Shown here one piece after another: positions 9,351 through 18,696 of a stretch of DNA of 64,000 nt (its first letter is position 1; the number at the start of each line of letters is the position of its first letter). This stretch comes from a virus. The stretch is taken from positions 1 to 64,000 of IMG/VR virus record IMGVR_UViG_3300045960_000114; one strand, 5' to 3'. The notes under the pieces are model-generated. The model was not told the origin of the DNA. It saw only the letters and a list, made by a program, of their open reading frames with translations, and searched no databases. A program made the position numbers and the translations under genes.

Positions 9351-10357
9351 TTGAAGAACTCCTCCGAAGAGAGCGTGATTCTATCTACCAGCCGAGGCGA
9401 GCTGAGGGGTACGGTATACCTGTTACAGATAAACCAAAGCCGGCGCTGCAGCGCTTCCTCCGGGATCACGTGTGCCTTCAGTTGTTCCGTGATGCCACTA
9501 AGGTAAGTTCCGGTTATGCCGGGTTCTATGGTCAGACCCTTACCCGAGCAGAAGTGGTAACCGCCGGTTACGAACTTCTTCCTGCGAATTAAGCCCTCGA
9601 AGATGGTAGTTGACGAGTAGGAGGCAAACCGGTCGAATGCATTGAACAGTGAAACGAGGTTGGCATGGATGTCGAAAACGTTCGGGTACCGCTTGGCTGC
9701 CAGTGTCTCACAACTGGGGTGGTGCTTAAACATGAATTTTGTTTTTGGGTTGCTGTTAAACAGATCGTCCATCCACTGCTCGTAGCAGACCTGGGGGTAT
9801 TCGCGCAGCGACATGTCGTATGGGGTTTGACCAAGCACGATGACCACGTCGTCGTCGCTGCTCTCGACCCGACAGGCTTTATACAGCAAGGTCGGTGCTG
9901 CGAGTTCAGGTTGAGTCCAGCGGGTAGCAGAGGGAAAGAGGGGATCCTCCAAGGTTCCTACGGATTCAAAATGCAGGTCGTTTTTCTCGCAGTATTGCAG
10001 ACCACTCCTGTCCATGATGATCCGGTTGTCGAAGAACAGTTCACACCAGGTCAGTGGTAGGTTGAGTTCCTGGCACAGCGATTCGACCATTTCGCTGTAC
10101 CAGAGCAGCCTCTGGCACGTGACGACGTGCGTGATGTGATGATGCTCAAACCAGAACTTCAGTTCGGCTCTTGCCTTGGCCGCGTCGATCTTGTCGGCTT
10201 TGTGGAAGATAAAATCCCAACCCTTGTTCACGCTGCTGGAAATCTCATCGGGTACAGTGACCTGCCCGATGTACATCTTGTACTCCTGTGACAGCGCAGG
10301 ATTGCGTTCCAGGTGGTAGATCCAGCGAGGGTCAATGCGTATGAATGCGATGTTCAT
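9347..10357 (-). CDS. Capsule polysaccharide synthesis-type (KpsS/KpsC-like) transferase
   Basis: ELFF, VIVLGQTPYDMS, FKHHP and SSTTIFEGL..K pattern resembling the Capsule_synth family. Confidence 0.6.
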   Translation of the reverse strand: MNIAFIRIDPRWIYHLERNPALSQEYKMYIGQVTVPDEISSSVNKGWDFIFHKADKIDAAKARAELKFWFEHHHITHVVTCQRLLWYSEMVESLCQELNLPLTWCELFFDNRIIMDRSGLQYCEKNDLHFESVGTLEDPLFPSATRWTQPELAAPTLLYKACRVESSDDDVVIVLGQTPYDMSLREYPQVCYEQWMDDLFNSNPKTKFMFKHHPSCETLAAKRYPNVFDIHANLVSLFNAFDRFASYSSTTIFEGLIRRKKFVTGGYHFCSGKGLTIEPGITGTYLSGITEQLKAHVIPEEALQRRLWFICNRYTVPLSSPRLVDRITLSSEEFFK

Positions 10358-10581
10358 GACTGGATGTCTTCCCTCCCTGTCTTCTCGTTCACTCGGTGCG
10401 ATTCGGCCAGCCCCTGGCAGTGACCTTTTACTCTTTCAAGTTCCTGGAGGGCTGCCAGGTAGTCTGCAGCAGTCAACATCATCTTGTTTTCGACCGGATT
10501 GGCGCAGATCAGCATCAGATGTATGATCCGATCAAGTTCCTCGGCTTTGCGATCCCAGTCGTTCTTCTCGTCTTCGTTCAT
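10354..10581 (-). CDS. Hypothetical protein (75 aa)
   Basis: AGGAG upstream of the ATG at 10581; ATGA overlap with the downstream gene. Confidence 0.6.
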   Translation of the reverse strand: MNEDEKNDWDRKAEELDRIIHLMLICANPVENKMMLTAADYLAALQELERVKGHCQGLAESHRVNEKTGREDIQS

Positions 10582-10589
10582 GGCATCTC

Positions 10590-11240
10590 CTACGGGAGTT
10601 GAAGCGGCGTGAACCCTTGCGCCGACGCGACGCTGAGGCCGGCATGATGACACTGGATCGAGGTATCCACATACAGCTTGAACCCGAGTGCCCGCGCCTT
10701 TCGGCAGAAGTCGTAGTCCTCACTGCAGCGCTCGACCGGCTTGAGATCAGGCCAGCGGTACGGGTCGCACTTCCACTCGAACCAGGGCGGTGGCATGATC
10801 TCCAGCACCTTGCGCTTGATCAGCAGGCAGCCGCAACCGACCAGATCGGCTTCGACCAGTCTGCCGGGCTGGTAGTCGTGGATCCACTCGGGACCCTTCT
10901 CTGTCTCCCGCATCATCACAGGAGCTGGCGGCAGCTGGCGGCGGTAGTACAGCCCGCCAACAATGTCCTTGTTGTGGCGCATCAGCCGGACGATCGTGTC
11001 ATGCGGCAGGATGACATCATCGTCCAGGAAGAACATCCCCTCATGTTCGGTCTCCAGCGTGCGTTGGCACCCCTGGTTGCGCGCATGATCAAACGGCATT
11101 CCGTACAGGAACGTCCGGTTGGCCCGTTCAGGGAAGATCAGGGTGCGCCAGCTCTCAGCCCAGCCAGTCGTTACCACCTCTCGACCGGACAGGACAACAA
11201 CCAGCACACTTGGTTTTGGTAGTTCCCATGCACCAGGCAT
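10590..11240 (-). CDS. GT2/GT-A fold glycosyltransferase
   Basis: HARNQG, FFLDDDV (DxD), IVGGLY, GCGCLLIK..LE..PPPWF, SEDYDFC, VDTSIQCHH; SD AAGGAGG. Confidence 0.88.
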   Translation of the reverse strand: MPGAWELPKPSVLVVVLSGREVVTTGWAESWRTLIFPERANRTFLYGMPFDHARNQGCQRTLETEHEGMFFLDDDVILPHDTIVRLMRHNKDIVGGLYYRRQLPPAPVMMRETEKGPEWIHDYQPGRLVEADLVGCGCLLIKRKVLEIMPPPWFEWKCDPYRWPDLKPVERCSEDYDFCRKARALGFKLYVDTSIQCHHAGLSVASAQGFTPLQLP

Positions 11241-11416
11241 AGCTTCCCTCCTTAGGATATCCATGTTAAAAGAGGCGTGATTCGCTGTCAATATCAGATT
11301 AGTTGATAAGCCGTAGGAAACTTTGTTCCTGTACTGTAAGTCATTGCCGCGCTAAGCCATAGTTGATTGGAGACCTTCCACCGTGTATCCTGTAAGCGGG
11401 ATCTGAGGATCGACAC

Positions 11417-13894
11417 ATGGCGGTACTTTCATTCGTTACGAACACCGGGCCGAGCCGCTTCATCTCCTATGTGCCACCTGGCGGCCTATACATGGCGACT
11501 GGTCAGACGGCTACCATTGCTGGCATCATCGACACTGAAGTTCAGATGATGGACACTTCCAAGCTGCATCTGTTCCAGGCGGATATGGCAGCTGGGCGGA
11601 TCAGTGTAACCTACCAGTTCAACGATCAGGCTTTGACCAGTGGTGGATTCATTCCGGTAAGTGGAAGCATTGGTAGTGGATTGCTGTCGGATGGCGCTGT
11701 CGTGTCTGGTTCCATCGCGTCCGGTCAGATCGGTCCGTTGCATCTCGCCAGCGGTGTCGTCGCTGCGGCCATTTCCGGTGCGATCGGATCGGGCAGGCTT
11801 GCGGCTGGCGCAGTTATCAGCGCGTCAATCGCTTCTGGCCAAGTCGGGCCGAGGCACCTGGCCAGCGGCGTCACGATTCAAACAAGCGGCGCAGTAACCA
11901 GCGGGAAGATCGGTAATGGCGCGGTCGTGTCTGGTTCTATTGCCAGCGGCCAGATCAGTCCATACCATTTTGCCAGCGGCGCGGTTCATTCCGCGATCAC
12001 ATCCGGTTCGATCCATTCAGGGGACCTGGCTAATGGGACTGTAACATCCGCTATTATCGCTAGCGGACAGGTTGGTTCGTACCATCTGGCTTCAGGCACG
12101 GTTGATTCGGCTATTACTTCGGGGTCAATTCATTCTGGTGACCTTGGTGCTGGCTCGGTTCAGAGCGTCAACATTACAAATGGTGCCGTGGTCAGTGCGG
12201 CGATTGGAAGCGGGCAGGTCGGGTTCGAGCACATCGCTTCTGGCGTCATTCCACGGGGTCTTTTGTCCGGTTCAGTTCAATCTGGTGACATTGGTAATGG
12301 CGCTGTCGTTTCCGGGTCCATTGCCAGCGGACAGATCGCACAACATCATCTGGCGTCAGGAGTTGGTGGGTCTTTGTCATCCGGCTCCGTGCGCTCCGGG
12401 TACATGGGCGTTGCCGCCGTCGTTTCCAGTTCCATTGCCAGCGGACAGATTGGTCAGCACCACCTGGCTTCTGGTGTTGGTGGTGGCGTCCTGACGTCAG
12501 GTTCCGTAGGGTCAGGTACGCTTGGTAATGGAGTTGTCCTATCAAGTTCGATTGCCAGTGGCCAGATCACGCAGGAGCACCTGTCCAGCGGCCTGCCCAT
12601 CATTTCCGGTTCCATCGTGTCAGGTGATCTCGGAAATGGCGTGGTGATGTCGTCCAGCATTGCGAGCGGACAGGTTGGTGGTAGGCATTTCTCGTCAGGT
12701 GTGGTTCATGTCATTGTTACGTCTGGTTCAATCGGTGCCTATGCGTTGGCGGATAGCTCCGTAAGTTCCGCTCACATCGGGGCTGGTGAGATTGGGTACG
12801 AACACTTTGCTTCTGGTGCGACATTACCACAGTCAGGCAGGGTTGTGTCGGGCATGCTTGGTAATGGTGTGGTGGTCTCCGGTTCCATTGCTTCCGGGCA
12901 GGTCGGGCCAATGCATATAGCTATTGGCGCCGGCTTGTTAACCTCGGGTTCCGTTGTGTCTGGGCTTATCGGGGATCAGGCTGTTGCTTCAAGCACGCTT
13001 GCATCTGGTTCGGTCGGCCCAATCCATTTGAGTAGCGGGACAGCCATCGTCTCCGGCTCGATCATGTCGGGTGATCTGGCGGATAGCTCGGTGGTGTCTG
13101 GAACCATTGCTTCGGGACAGCTTTGTGCGGCGCACTTCGCGTCAGGCGTGCTGTATGAACAGTTCATCGCTTCTGGCGCTTCGATTATTTCTGGTCAGCT
13201 TGGTAATGGCGTGGTGTTCTCTGCCAACGTAGCCAGTGGTCAACTCGGTGGAACTCACTTCGGTTCGGGTTCAATTCAATCGGCTGCGTACGCTTCCGGT
13301 TCAATCAGCACCTTTAAGATTGCCAGCGGACAAATTTTGAACACGAACATCGCCTCAGGTGCTGTTCTGAGCGCAAACATTGGTTCAGGGCAGATTGGGT
13401 TCAATCACTTGGCTTCTGGCCAGCAGTTGAACTCCGGGGTGATCATCGCTACGTACCTGGCCTCGGGGACTGTGTCTTCGGCAAATATTGCCAGCGGGCA
13501 GGTGGGTGGGACGCACTTCGGATCTGGTTCAGTGCAGTCTGCCGCTTATGCGTCTGGTTCGATCAGCACGTTCAAGATCGCCAGTGGGCAGATTCTAAAC
13601 GTGAACATTGCGTCCGGTGCTGTTCTGAGCGCAAACATTGGTTCAGGGCAGATTGGGTTCAATCACTTGGCTTCTGGCCAGCAGTTGAACTCAGGCACGG
13701 TCGTCGCGACTTACTTGGCTTCTGGGGCGGTTTCTTCTGCCAACATTGCTTCTGGGGCGATCGCCTTTGCAGTTCCGGCTTTCAGCGGCCAGCCTGGTGG
13801 TACGGCGCTTGGTCTGATCACGCTGGATTTGTACAACAACCGGATTTGGGCATGTACATCTGGCAGCAACTGGCGTTACGCTTCGCTGACGTAG
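11417..13894 (+). CDS. Ser/Gly pentapeptide-repeat protein, probable fibre (beta-solenoid)
   Basis: About 750 aa of SG-xxx pentamers with recurring SGSIASGQIGxxH[LF]ASG units; short distinct C-terminal domain. Confidence 0.75.
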   Translation: MAVLSFVTNTGPSRFISYVPPGGLYMATGQTATIAGIIDTEVQMMDTSKLHLFQADMAAGRISVTYQFNDQALTSGGFIPVSGSIGSGLLSDGAVVSGSIASGQIGPLHLASGVVAAAISGAIGSGRLAAGAVISASIASGQVGPRHLASGVTIQTSGAVTSGKIGNGAVVSGSIASGQISPYHFASGAVHSAITSGSIHSGDLANGTVTSAIIASGQVGSYHLASGTVDSAITSGSIHSGDLGAGSVQSVNITNGAVVSAAIGSGQVGFEHIASGVIPRGLLSGSVQSGDIGNGAVVSGSIASGQIAQHHLASGVGGSLSSGSVRSGYMGVAAVVSSSIASGQIGQHHLASGVGGGVLTSGSVGSGTLGNGVVLSSSIASGQITQEHLSSGLPIISGSIVSGDLGNGVVMSSSIASGQVGGRHFSSGVVHVIVTSGSIGAYALADSSVSSAHIGAGEIGYEHFASGATLPQSGRVVSGMLGNGVVVSGSIASGQVGPMHIAIGAGLLTSGSVVSGLIGDQAVASSTLASGSVGPIHLSSGTAIVSGSIMSGDLADSSVVSGTIASGQLCAAHFASGVLYEQFIASGASIISGQLGNGVVFSANVASGQLGGTHFGSGSIQSAAYASGSISTFKIASGQILNTNIASGAVLSANIGSGQIGFNHLASGQQLNSGVIIATYLASGTVSSANIASGQVGGTHFGSGSVQSAAYASGSISTFKIASGQILNVNIASGAVLSANIGSGQIGFNHLASGQQLNSGTVVATYLASGAVSSANIASGAIAFAVPAFSGQPGGTALGLITLDLYNNRIWACTSGSNWRYASLT
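13358..13692 (+). repeat. Exact 77-bp direct repeat (13358-13434 and 13616-13692) within a 258-bp internal duplication
   Basis: GGTGCTGTTCTGAGCGCAAAC...CAGCAGTTGAACTC is read identically at both positions, 86 codons apart. Confidence 0.9.
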
Positions 13895-13902
13895 AGGTTT
13901 GA

Positions 13903-15027
13903 ATGGCTAAGAAACGGGCCAGAATACACGGCGTTACACCACCTCCGCCGCCTCCGCCGCCTGGACTTTACTCCTGGGGCTCAGGTTACAACGGAGAGTT
14001 GGGCACGGGAAGCACGCTGTATCGTAGCGTGCCGGGCCAGGTAGGTTCAGCATCCGATTGGACAGTTGCAGATTCTCTTTCCGGTAATGGCTATGGGTTG
14101 CGTACGGGTAAACTGCATGCCTGGGGGCCGAATTCTTACGGTCAGATCGGAAATGGTACGCAGGACTGGTCTACTGGTTACTCCAGCCCCGTGCAGATTG
14201 GCTCTGGCAATGACTGGTCTCATGTGGCTGGGGCTGATAGCGGCTATGTTGGTGGAATACGGTCTGGCAAACTGTATATGTGGGGAGCCAACTATAATGG
14301 GGCGTTGGGGTTGGACACGAATTTTGAATACAGCAGCCCTGTTCAAGTAGGAGCGCACACAGATTGGTCTTCGGTTGCTTGTGGCGCCGATCATACGCTG
14401 GCGATCAGGTCAGGTCAGTTATGGTCAACAGGATACAACGGGAATGGTCAGTTGGCCCAAGATGGTTCCACGTACTATCTATCCAGCTTTGTGCAGGTAG
14501 GGGCCGCGTCTAATTGGGCTTTAGTACAGGCGCGTTACAACACATCAGCTGCGCTTAAAGCGGATGGTACGTTGTGGATGTGGGGTAGTGGAGGTTACGG
14601 ACAGATTGGCGACGGTACGTATGAGTCTGCTGTCAGCAGCCCGATTCAAGTTGGATCCGAGACTGATTGGACGATGGTGTCGATCAGCGCCAGCCACGTC
14701 CTTGCTATACGTGGCGGAAAACTGTTTGCGTGGGGATATGACGGATACGGACAGTTGGGGCTTGGGTTGGATACCGGTGAGTCGTTCAGTTCTCCAATCC
14801 AGGTGGGATCTGAGACTGATTGGACCCACATTTCGGCGGGAGACGGTTTTAGTTTTGGCATACGTAACAGTGGCAGGCTTTACGCCTGGGGCTTCAATGA
14901 TTCTGGTGAGCTGGGTCTGGGTGATAATGACTGGCGCAGCAGCCCTGTTCAGGTAGGTGCACTTGGCGACTGGGAAGGTTGGATCGGGATCTGTGCTGGT
15001 TACAGTTTTGCTTTTGCAACACGGTAG
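13903..15027 (+). CDS. RCC1/BLIP-II-type 7-bladed beta-propeller protein
   Basis: Seven SSP[VI]Q[VI]G..xDW repeats alternating with L[YFW]xWGxNxxGQLG. Confidence 0.88.
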   Translation: MAKKRARIHGVTPPPPPPPPGLYSWGSGYNGELGTGSTLYRSVPGQVGSASDWTVADSLSGNGYGLRTGKLHAWGPNSYGQIGNGTQDWSTGYSSPVQIGSGNDWSHVAGADSGYVGGIRSGKLYMWGANYNGALGLDTNFEYSSPVQVGAHTDWSSVACGADHTLAIRSGQLWSTGYNGNGQLAQDGSTYYLSSFVQVGAASNWALVQARYNTSAALKADGTLWMWGSGGYGQIGDGTYESAVSSPIQVGSETDWTMVSISASHVLAIRGGKLFAWGYDGYGQLGLGLDTGESFSSPIQVGSETDWTHISAGDGFSFGIRNSGRLYAWGFNDSGELGLGDNDWRSSPVQVGALGDWEGWIGICAGYSFAFATR

Positions 15028-15036
15028 GGGGCGTGG

Positions 15037-16161
15037 ATGGCTACTCCTGGCAGACTTCGTTACCGTGGGTATCAACCCGACCCATTTTTGGGTCGTATGT
15101 TTGGTTGTGGCTATGGCGGCGATGGAGAGTTTAACAACAATACTAGACTCACTGTCAGCAGTCCGATTCAGATTGGATCTGCAAACGACTGGAAAGGCGT
15201 GGTTGGTAATTCCATGACGTTGGCTATACGTTATGGGAAACTTTTTGCGATGGGAGCGCTTATACCCATACCGCCTGGGTTTGCCGTTAGAAGCAGCCCC
15301 GTACAGATTGGAAGCGAGACGGGGTGGACTGTAATTTCGGCGAGCACGGACCCATATAATCCCATGTTCGGCGGCATCAGAAACGGCAAGTTGTTCATGT
15401 GGGGGTACAATAATTACGGGCAGGTTGGGGATGGAACACGAACCATCAGATCTAGTCCGGTTCAGATCGGTTCCGATACTGATTGGACAGCGCTCTCATG
15501 CGGCAGGGAGGGTGCTTTCGGGATTCGCGGTGGGAAGATATTCGCTTGGGGCAACAACTCGTATGGTCGGTGCGGGGTATCGTCCGGATCGGTAGCTGCT
15601 TACAGCAGTCCAGTACAGATCGGCGCCAATACGGATTGGAGCCAGGTGAGTGCGTGTTACTACGGCGTTCATGCGATCCGGGCTGGCCAGCTTTATGGTT
15701 GGGGTAATAACAGTTTCGGTGAGATTGGTAACGGAACCAACGACGTACTGGATCATACTGCTCCGGTGCAGATAGGGACATTCGACGACTGGACTTTCGT
15801 GGCATCGAGTTTCATGGCCTGCTTTGGTATACGGAAACCTGGGAGGCTTTACGCCTGGGGATACAATGAGGTCACAGGTTCACTCGGGCTTGGTAATTTG
15901 ACTGGAGCTTTCAGTAGTCCGGTTCAAGTTGGATCAGGGATAGACTGGTCGTATGTCAGTACCACTGATGCTCTCAATTACACCGCCGCTATGGGCATTC
16001 GTTCGGGTAAGTTGTACAGCTGGGGACTCAACAGTTCTGGCGTACTCGGGCTTGGCGACATGAACAACCGGTCAAGTCCGGTGCAGGTTGGTTCGGAGAC
16101 TGACTGGACGAGCGCGTCCATGGGTGTTAGCCACGCGATAGCTATTCGGCGACCTGGCTGA
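15037..16161 (+). CDS. RCC1/BLIP-II-type 7-bladed beta-propeller protein (paralog)
   Basis: Seven of the same repeats; same 374-aa length as the upstream gene. Confidence 0.88.
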   Translation: MATPGRLRYRGYQPDPFLGRMFGCGYGGDGEFNNNTRLTVSSPIQIGSANDWKGVVGNSMTLAIRYGKLFAMGALIPIPPGFAVRSSPVQIGSETGWTVISASTDPYNPMFGGIRNGKLFMWGYNNYGQVGDGTRTIRSSPVQIGSDTDWTALSCGREGAFGIRGGKIFAWGNNSYGRCGVSSGSVAAYSSPVQIGANTDWSQVSACYYGVHAIRAGQLYGWGNNSFGEIGNGTNDVLDHTAPVQIGTFDDWTFVASSFMACFGIRKPGRLYAWGYNEVTGSLGLGNLTGAFSSPVQVGSGIDWSYVSTTDALNYTAAMGIRSGKLYSWGLNSSGVLGLGDMNNRSSPVQVGSETDWTSASMGVSHAIAIRRPG

Positions 16162-16209
16162 TCTGGATATTCTCCGCCCCTCATCTATACTGTTGATAAA
16201 GGAGGACGT

Positions 16210-17319
16210 ATGTCCAACATCCACCAGATGCTCAGCATGAACGGCGGTTCGTTCAAGCGCGCCGAGAAGATGGCGCGGGACATGATCTCAAAGGGGCAGG
16301 TGGACGTGTACCTGGATTTGGCGCTCCTCCACCACGCCCAAGGAAAGATTATCGAGTGCCGCGAGGCGCAGGCAGACTACGCGCGGTTCTTTCCCGATTG
16401 TCCGCGCCTGAAGTTTGGCCAGACATGGTTCAAATTGTACGACGGCGATATAGAAGCCGGGCTCAGACATATTGAAGCCGGGCGCGTGGTCGGCTGTTTG
16501 GGCGAGCAGGATTTCTCCAAGTTCGAGTACCCGCGCTGGCAGGGTAATACGGACCTGAAGGGTAAAAGCGTCCTGCTGTACGGCGAGGGCGGTGCTGGCG
16601 ATCAGATCATGGGGCTTCGCAGTGCGCGCTGGCTGGCTGAGCTGGGTGCCAACGTGGTCGTCGCCTGCATGAAGCCGTTGATCGGCCTGTTCGCGGCGCA
16701 AAAGGAATTTGCCGTTGTGGATATGTCTCATGCCTATGCCGTCCGATGCGATTACTGGCTGCCGATGATGAGCAGCTTCGGGTTGCTCAAGCGCAAGTGG
16801 GACAACCTGTGGACAGGCGAGTACATCAAGGCGCCGGTGTCCGACATCTGGGAGCGGATCGTCGAAAAGGGCAAGCGCCGGAACATCGGCCTGCGTTGGC
16901 GTGGTAATCCTGAGTTTGAGCACGAGCAGCTGCGGTGGTTCCCGCCGGAGCTTCTGTTCAAGGTGCTGGCCCTCCCTGGCGTCTTCTGGAGTCTACAGAA
17001 GGAAGACCCCCAGACGAACAGGCCGGCGGATCTGGTTAACCTCGAACCGTTACTGGGCGACTGGGAGCAGACGGCTTCGGCGATCAGCCAGCTCGACCTG
17101 GTGATCACAAGCTGTACATCAATCGCGCATCTGTCGGCGGCGATGGGCAAGCCCACCTGGGTGATTGTACCGGCTATGCCTTACTACCCGTGGGCGCGGC
17201 CAGGAAACAAGTCGCACTGGTATCCTTCAGTTACATTGTTCCGGCAGCGGTGTTACGGTCAATGGGACGAGCCGTTTGCTGAGCTACTGGAGGAGATGAA
17301 GAAATATGCGAATGGGTGA
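16210..17319 (+). CDS. TPR-like plus GT9-like (GT-B) glycosyltransferase
   Basis: PRWQG..LKGKSVLLYGEGGAGDQIMGLR, DYWLPMMS, IGLRWRGNP, LDLVITSCTSIAHLSAAMGKPTW; SD AAGGAGG. Confidence 0.8.
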   Translation: MSNIHQMLSMNGGSFKRAEKMARDMISKGQVDVYLDLALLHHAQGKIIECREAQADYARFFPDCPRLKFGQTWFKLYDGDIEAGLRHIEAGRVVGCLGEQDFSKFEYPRWQGNTDLKGKSVLLYGEGGAGDQIMGLRSARWLAELGANVVVACMKPLIGLFAAQKEFAVVDMSHAYAVRCDYWLPMMSSFGLLKRKWDNLWTGEYIKAPVSDIWERIVEKGKRRNIGLRWRGNPEFEHEQLRWFPPELLFKVLALPGVFWSLQKEDPQTNRPADLVNLEPLLGDWEQTASAISQLDLVITSCTSIAHLSAAMGKPTWVIVPAMPYYPWARPGNKSHWYPSVTLFRQRCYGQWDEPFAELLEEMKKYANG

Positions 17320-17887
17320 ACTCGCGTTGCAGCGCCTTCTCCGGTTTGACTTCAAGACTGTTCTGGACATTGGGAGTGGTCCGGGCTGGCATGCCGATCA
17401 GTTTCGTCAATCTTGTAAGGTCGTTACAGAAATCGACCTCAACCCCCGTCGCCCTGGCGTGATTGACAGCCGTTATGAGGACTTCAACCTCAACCGTGTC
17501 ATGCAGTTCGACTGTTTGTGGTGCTGTCATTGTCTGGAACACCAGCCCAACGTGAACACGTTCCTGACCAAGATGCATGGCGACCTGAAGCCGGGCGGCC
17601 TGCTGGCAATCACCGTCCCGCCGTTGAAGCATGAGATTGTTGGCGGGCACGTGTCCCTTTGGAATGGGGGGCTTCTGCTCTATAATCTGGTTATGGCCAG
17701 GTTTGATTGCCGGCTGGCGATGTTGAAGAAGCATGAGTACAATATCACGGTCATTGTGCGTCGTAATGAGATCCAGCTGCCGAAGCTAGCGTACGACGCT
17801 GGCGACATAGATAGGCTGGCTCCATACTTTCCTGCCGGGCTGAAGGAAAGATTCAACGGGGACATTGAAGAACTGAATTGGGGGTAA
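17306..17887 (+). CDS. Class I SAM-dependent methyltransferase
   Basis: VLDIGSGPG, CHCLEHQ and LKPGGLLAITVP motifs. Confidence 0.85.
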   Translation: MRMGELALQRLLRFDFKTVLDIGSGPGWHADQFRQSCKVVTEIDLNPRRPGVIDSRYEDFNLNRVMQFDCLWCCHCLEHQPNVNTFLTKMHGDLKPGGLLAITVPPLKHEIVGGHVSLWNGGLLLYNLVMARFDCRLAMLKKHEYNITVIVRRNEIQLPKLAYDAGDIDRLAPYFPAGLKERFNGDIEELNWG

Positions 17888-17889
17888 CC

Positions 17890-18495
17890 ATGATCCAGAT
17901 CGGCGACTTCTTGTACGCACCTGTCATCCAGGAGACGTACAACCAGATGGTCAACTCACTCAGCGTGGCGAAGCCTGTCGATGGCTTGATTGCGGAATTC
18001 GGTGTCTACAAGGGCGATTCGATCAGGGTGCTTGCCAAGGCTGTACCGACCAACATCATTCACGGGTTCGACTCGTTCGTGGGGCTTCCCGGGAAGTGGG
18101 AGCGTGGTCTGAATGTTTACCCAGCCGGGCATTTCAGCGTTAACGGCGCACTTCCACAGGTTCCCGACAATGTACGGCTGCACAAAGGGTGGTTCAAGGA
18201 CACCATTCCTCCGTTCCTGGCCACGAACCCGGGGCCGGTGCGTTTCCTGAACATCGACTGTGACATCTACAGCTCCACGAAGGACATCCTGACGTTGTGC
18301 AACGAGCGTATCCACCCGGGAGCAGTCATCTACTTCGACGAGATCTGCGACTGGGGTGGCTGCGTCCACCGTTACCCGAACTGGCACGAGCATGAGATCA
18401 AGGCGCTGACGGAGTGGTGCACTGAATTCAAGCGTGACGTGAAGCCGATCTCCAGGAACGCCAACTACGGGGCTTCGGTGCTCGTTCTCGAGTAA
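17890..18495 (+). CDS. TylF/MycF-like sugar O-methyltransferase
   Basis: EFGVYKGDS, HGFDSFVGLP, KGWFKDT, IDCDIYSST, YFDE. Confidence 0.8.
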   Translation: MIQIGDFLYAPVIQETYNQMVNSLSVAKPVDGLIAEFGVYKGDSIRVLAKAVPTNIIHGFDSFVGLPGKWERGLNVYPAGHFSVNGALPQVPDNVRLHKGWFKDTIPPFLATNPGPVRFLNIDCDIYSSTKDILTLCNERIHPGAVIYFDEICDWGGCVHRYPNWHEHEIKALTEWCTEFKRDVKPISRNANYGASVLVLE

Positions 18496-18558
18496 GCCTT
18501 GCCTAAAGGTTACGGGGACCGTATGATCTCCGTTCATGGGATCCCGCAGGGGGCTACA

Positions 18559-18696
18559 ATGCGCGTGACTGCGTATATCCTCGTGGTAGTATTCATCTTG
18601 GGCACCTGTGGGTGCGGGTCAAGGTCGAGGAGACTCCACGACCTCAACACCGTGTTGAATAGGCCGCCAGTTACGGAGGTGCGCCGTGCCATTTAA
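18559..18696 (+). CDS. Small putative lipoprotein
   Basis: MRVTAYILVVVFILGTCGC: hydrophobic signal followed by Cys; overlaps the next gene. Confidence 0.35.
   Translation: MRVTAYILVVVFILGTCGCGSRSRRLHDLNTVLNRPPVTEVRRAI

Noticed and set aside
11417-16161. CRISPR array or diversity-generating retroelement among the repeats
   Set aside because: The repeats are degenerate, in-frame protein repeats without spacers. No adenine-specific template/variable repeat pair or reverse transcriptase was seen.
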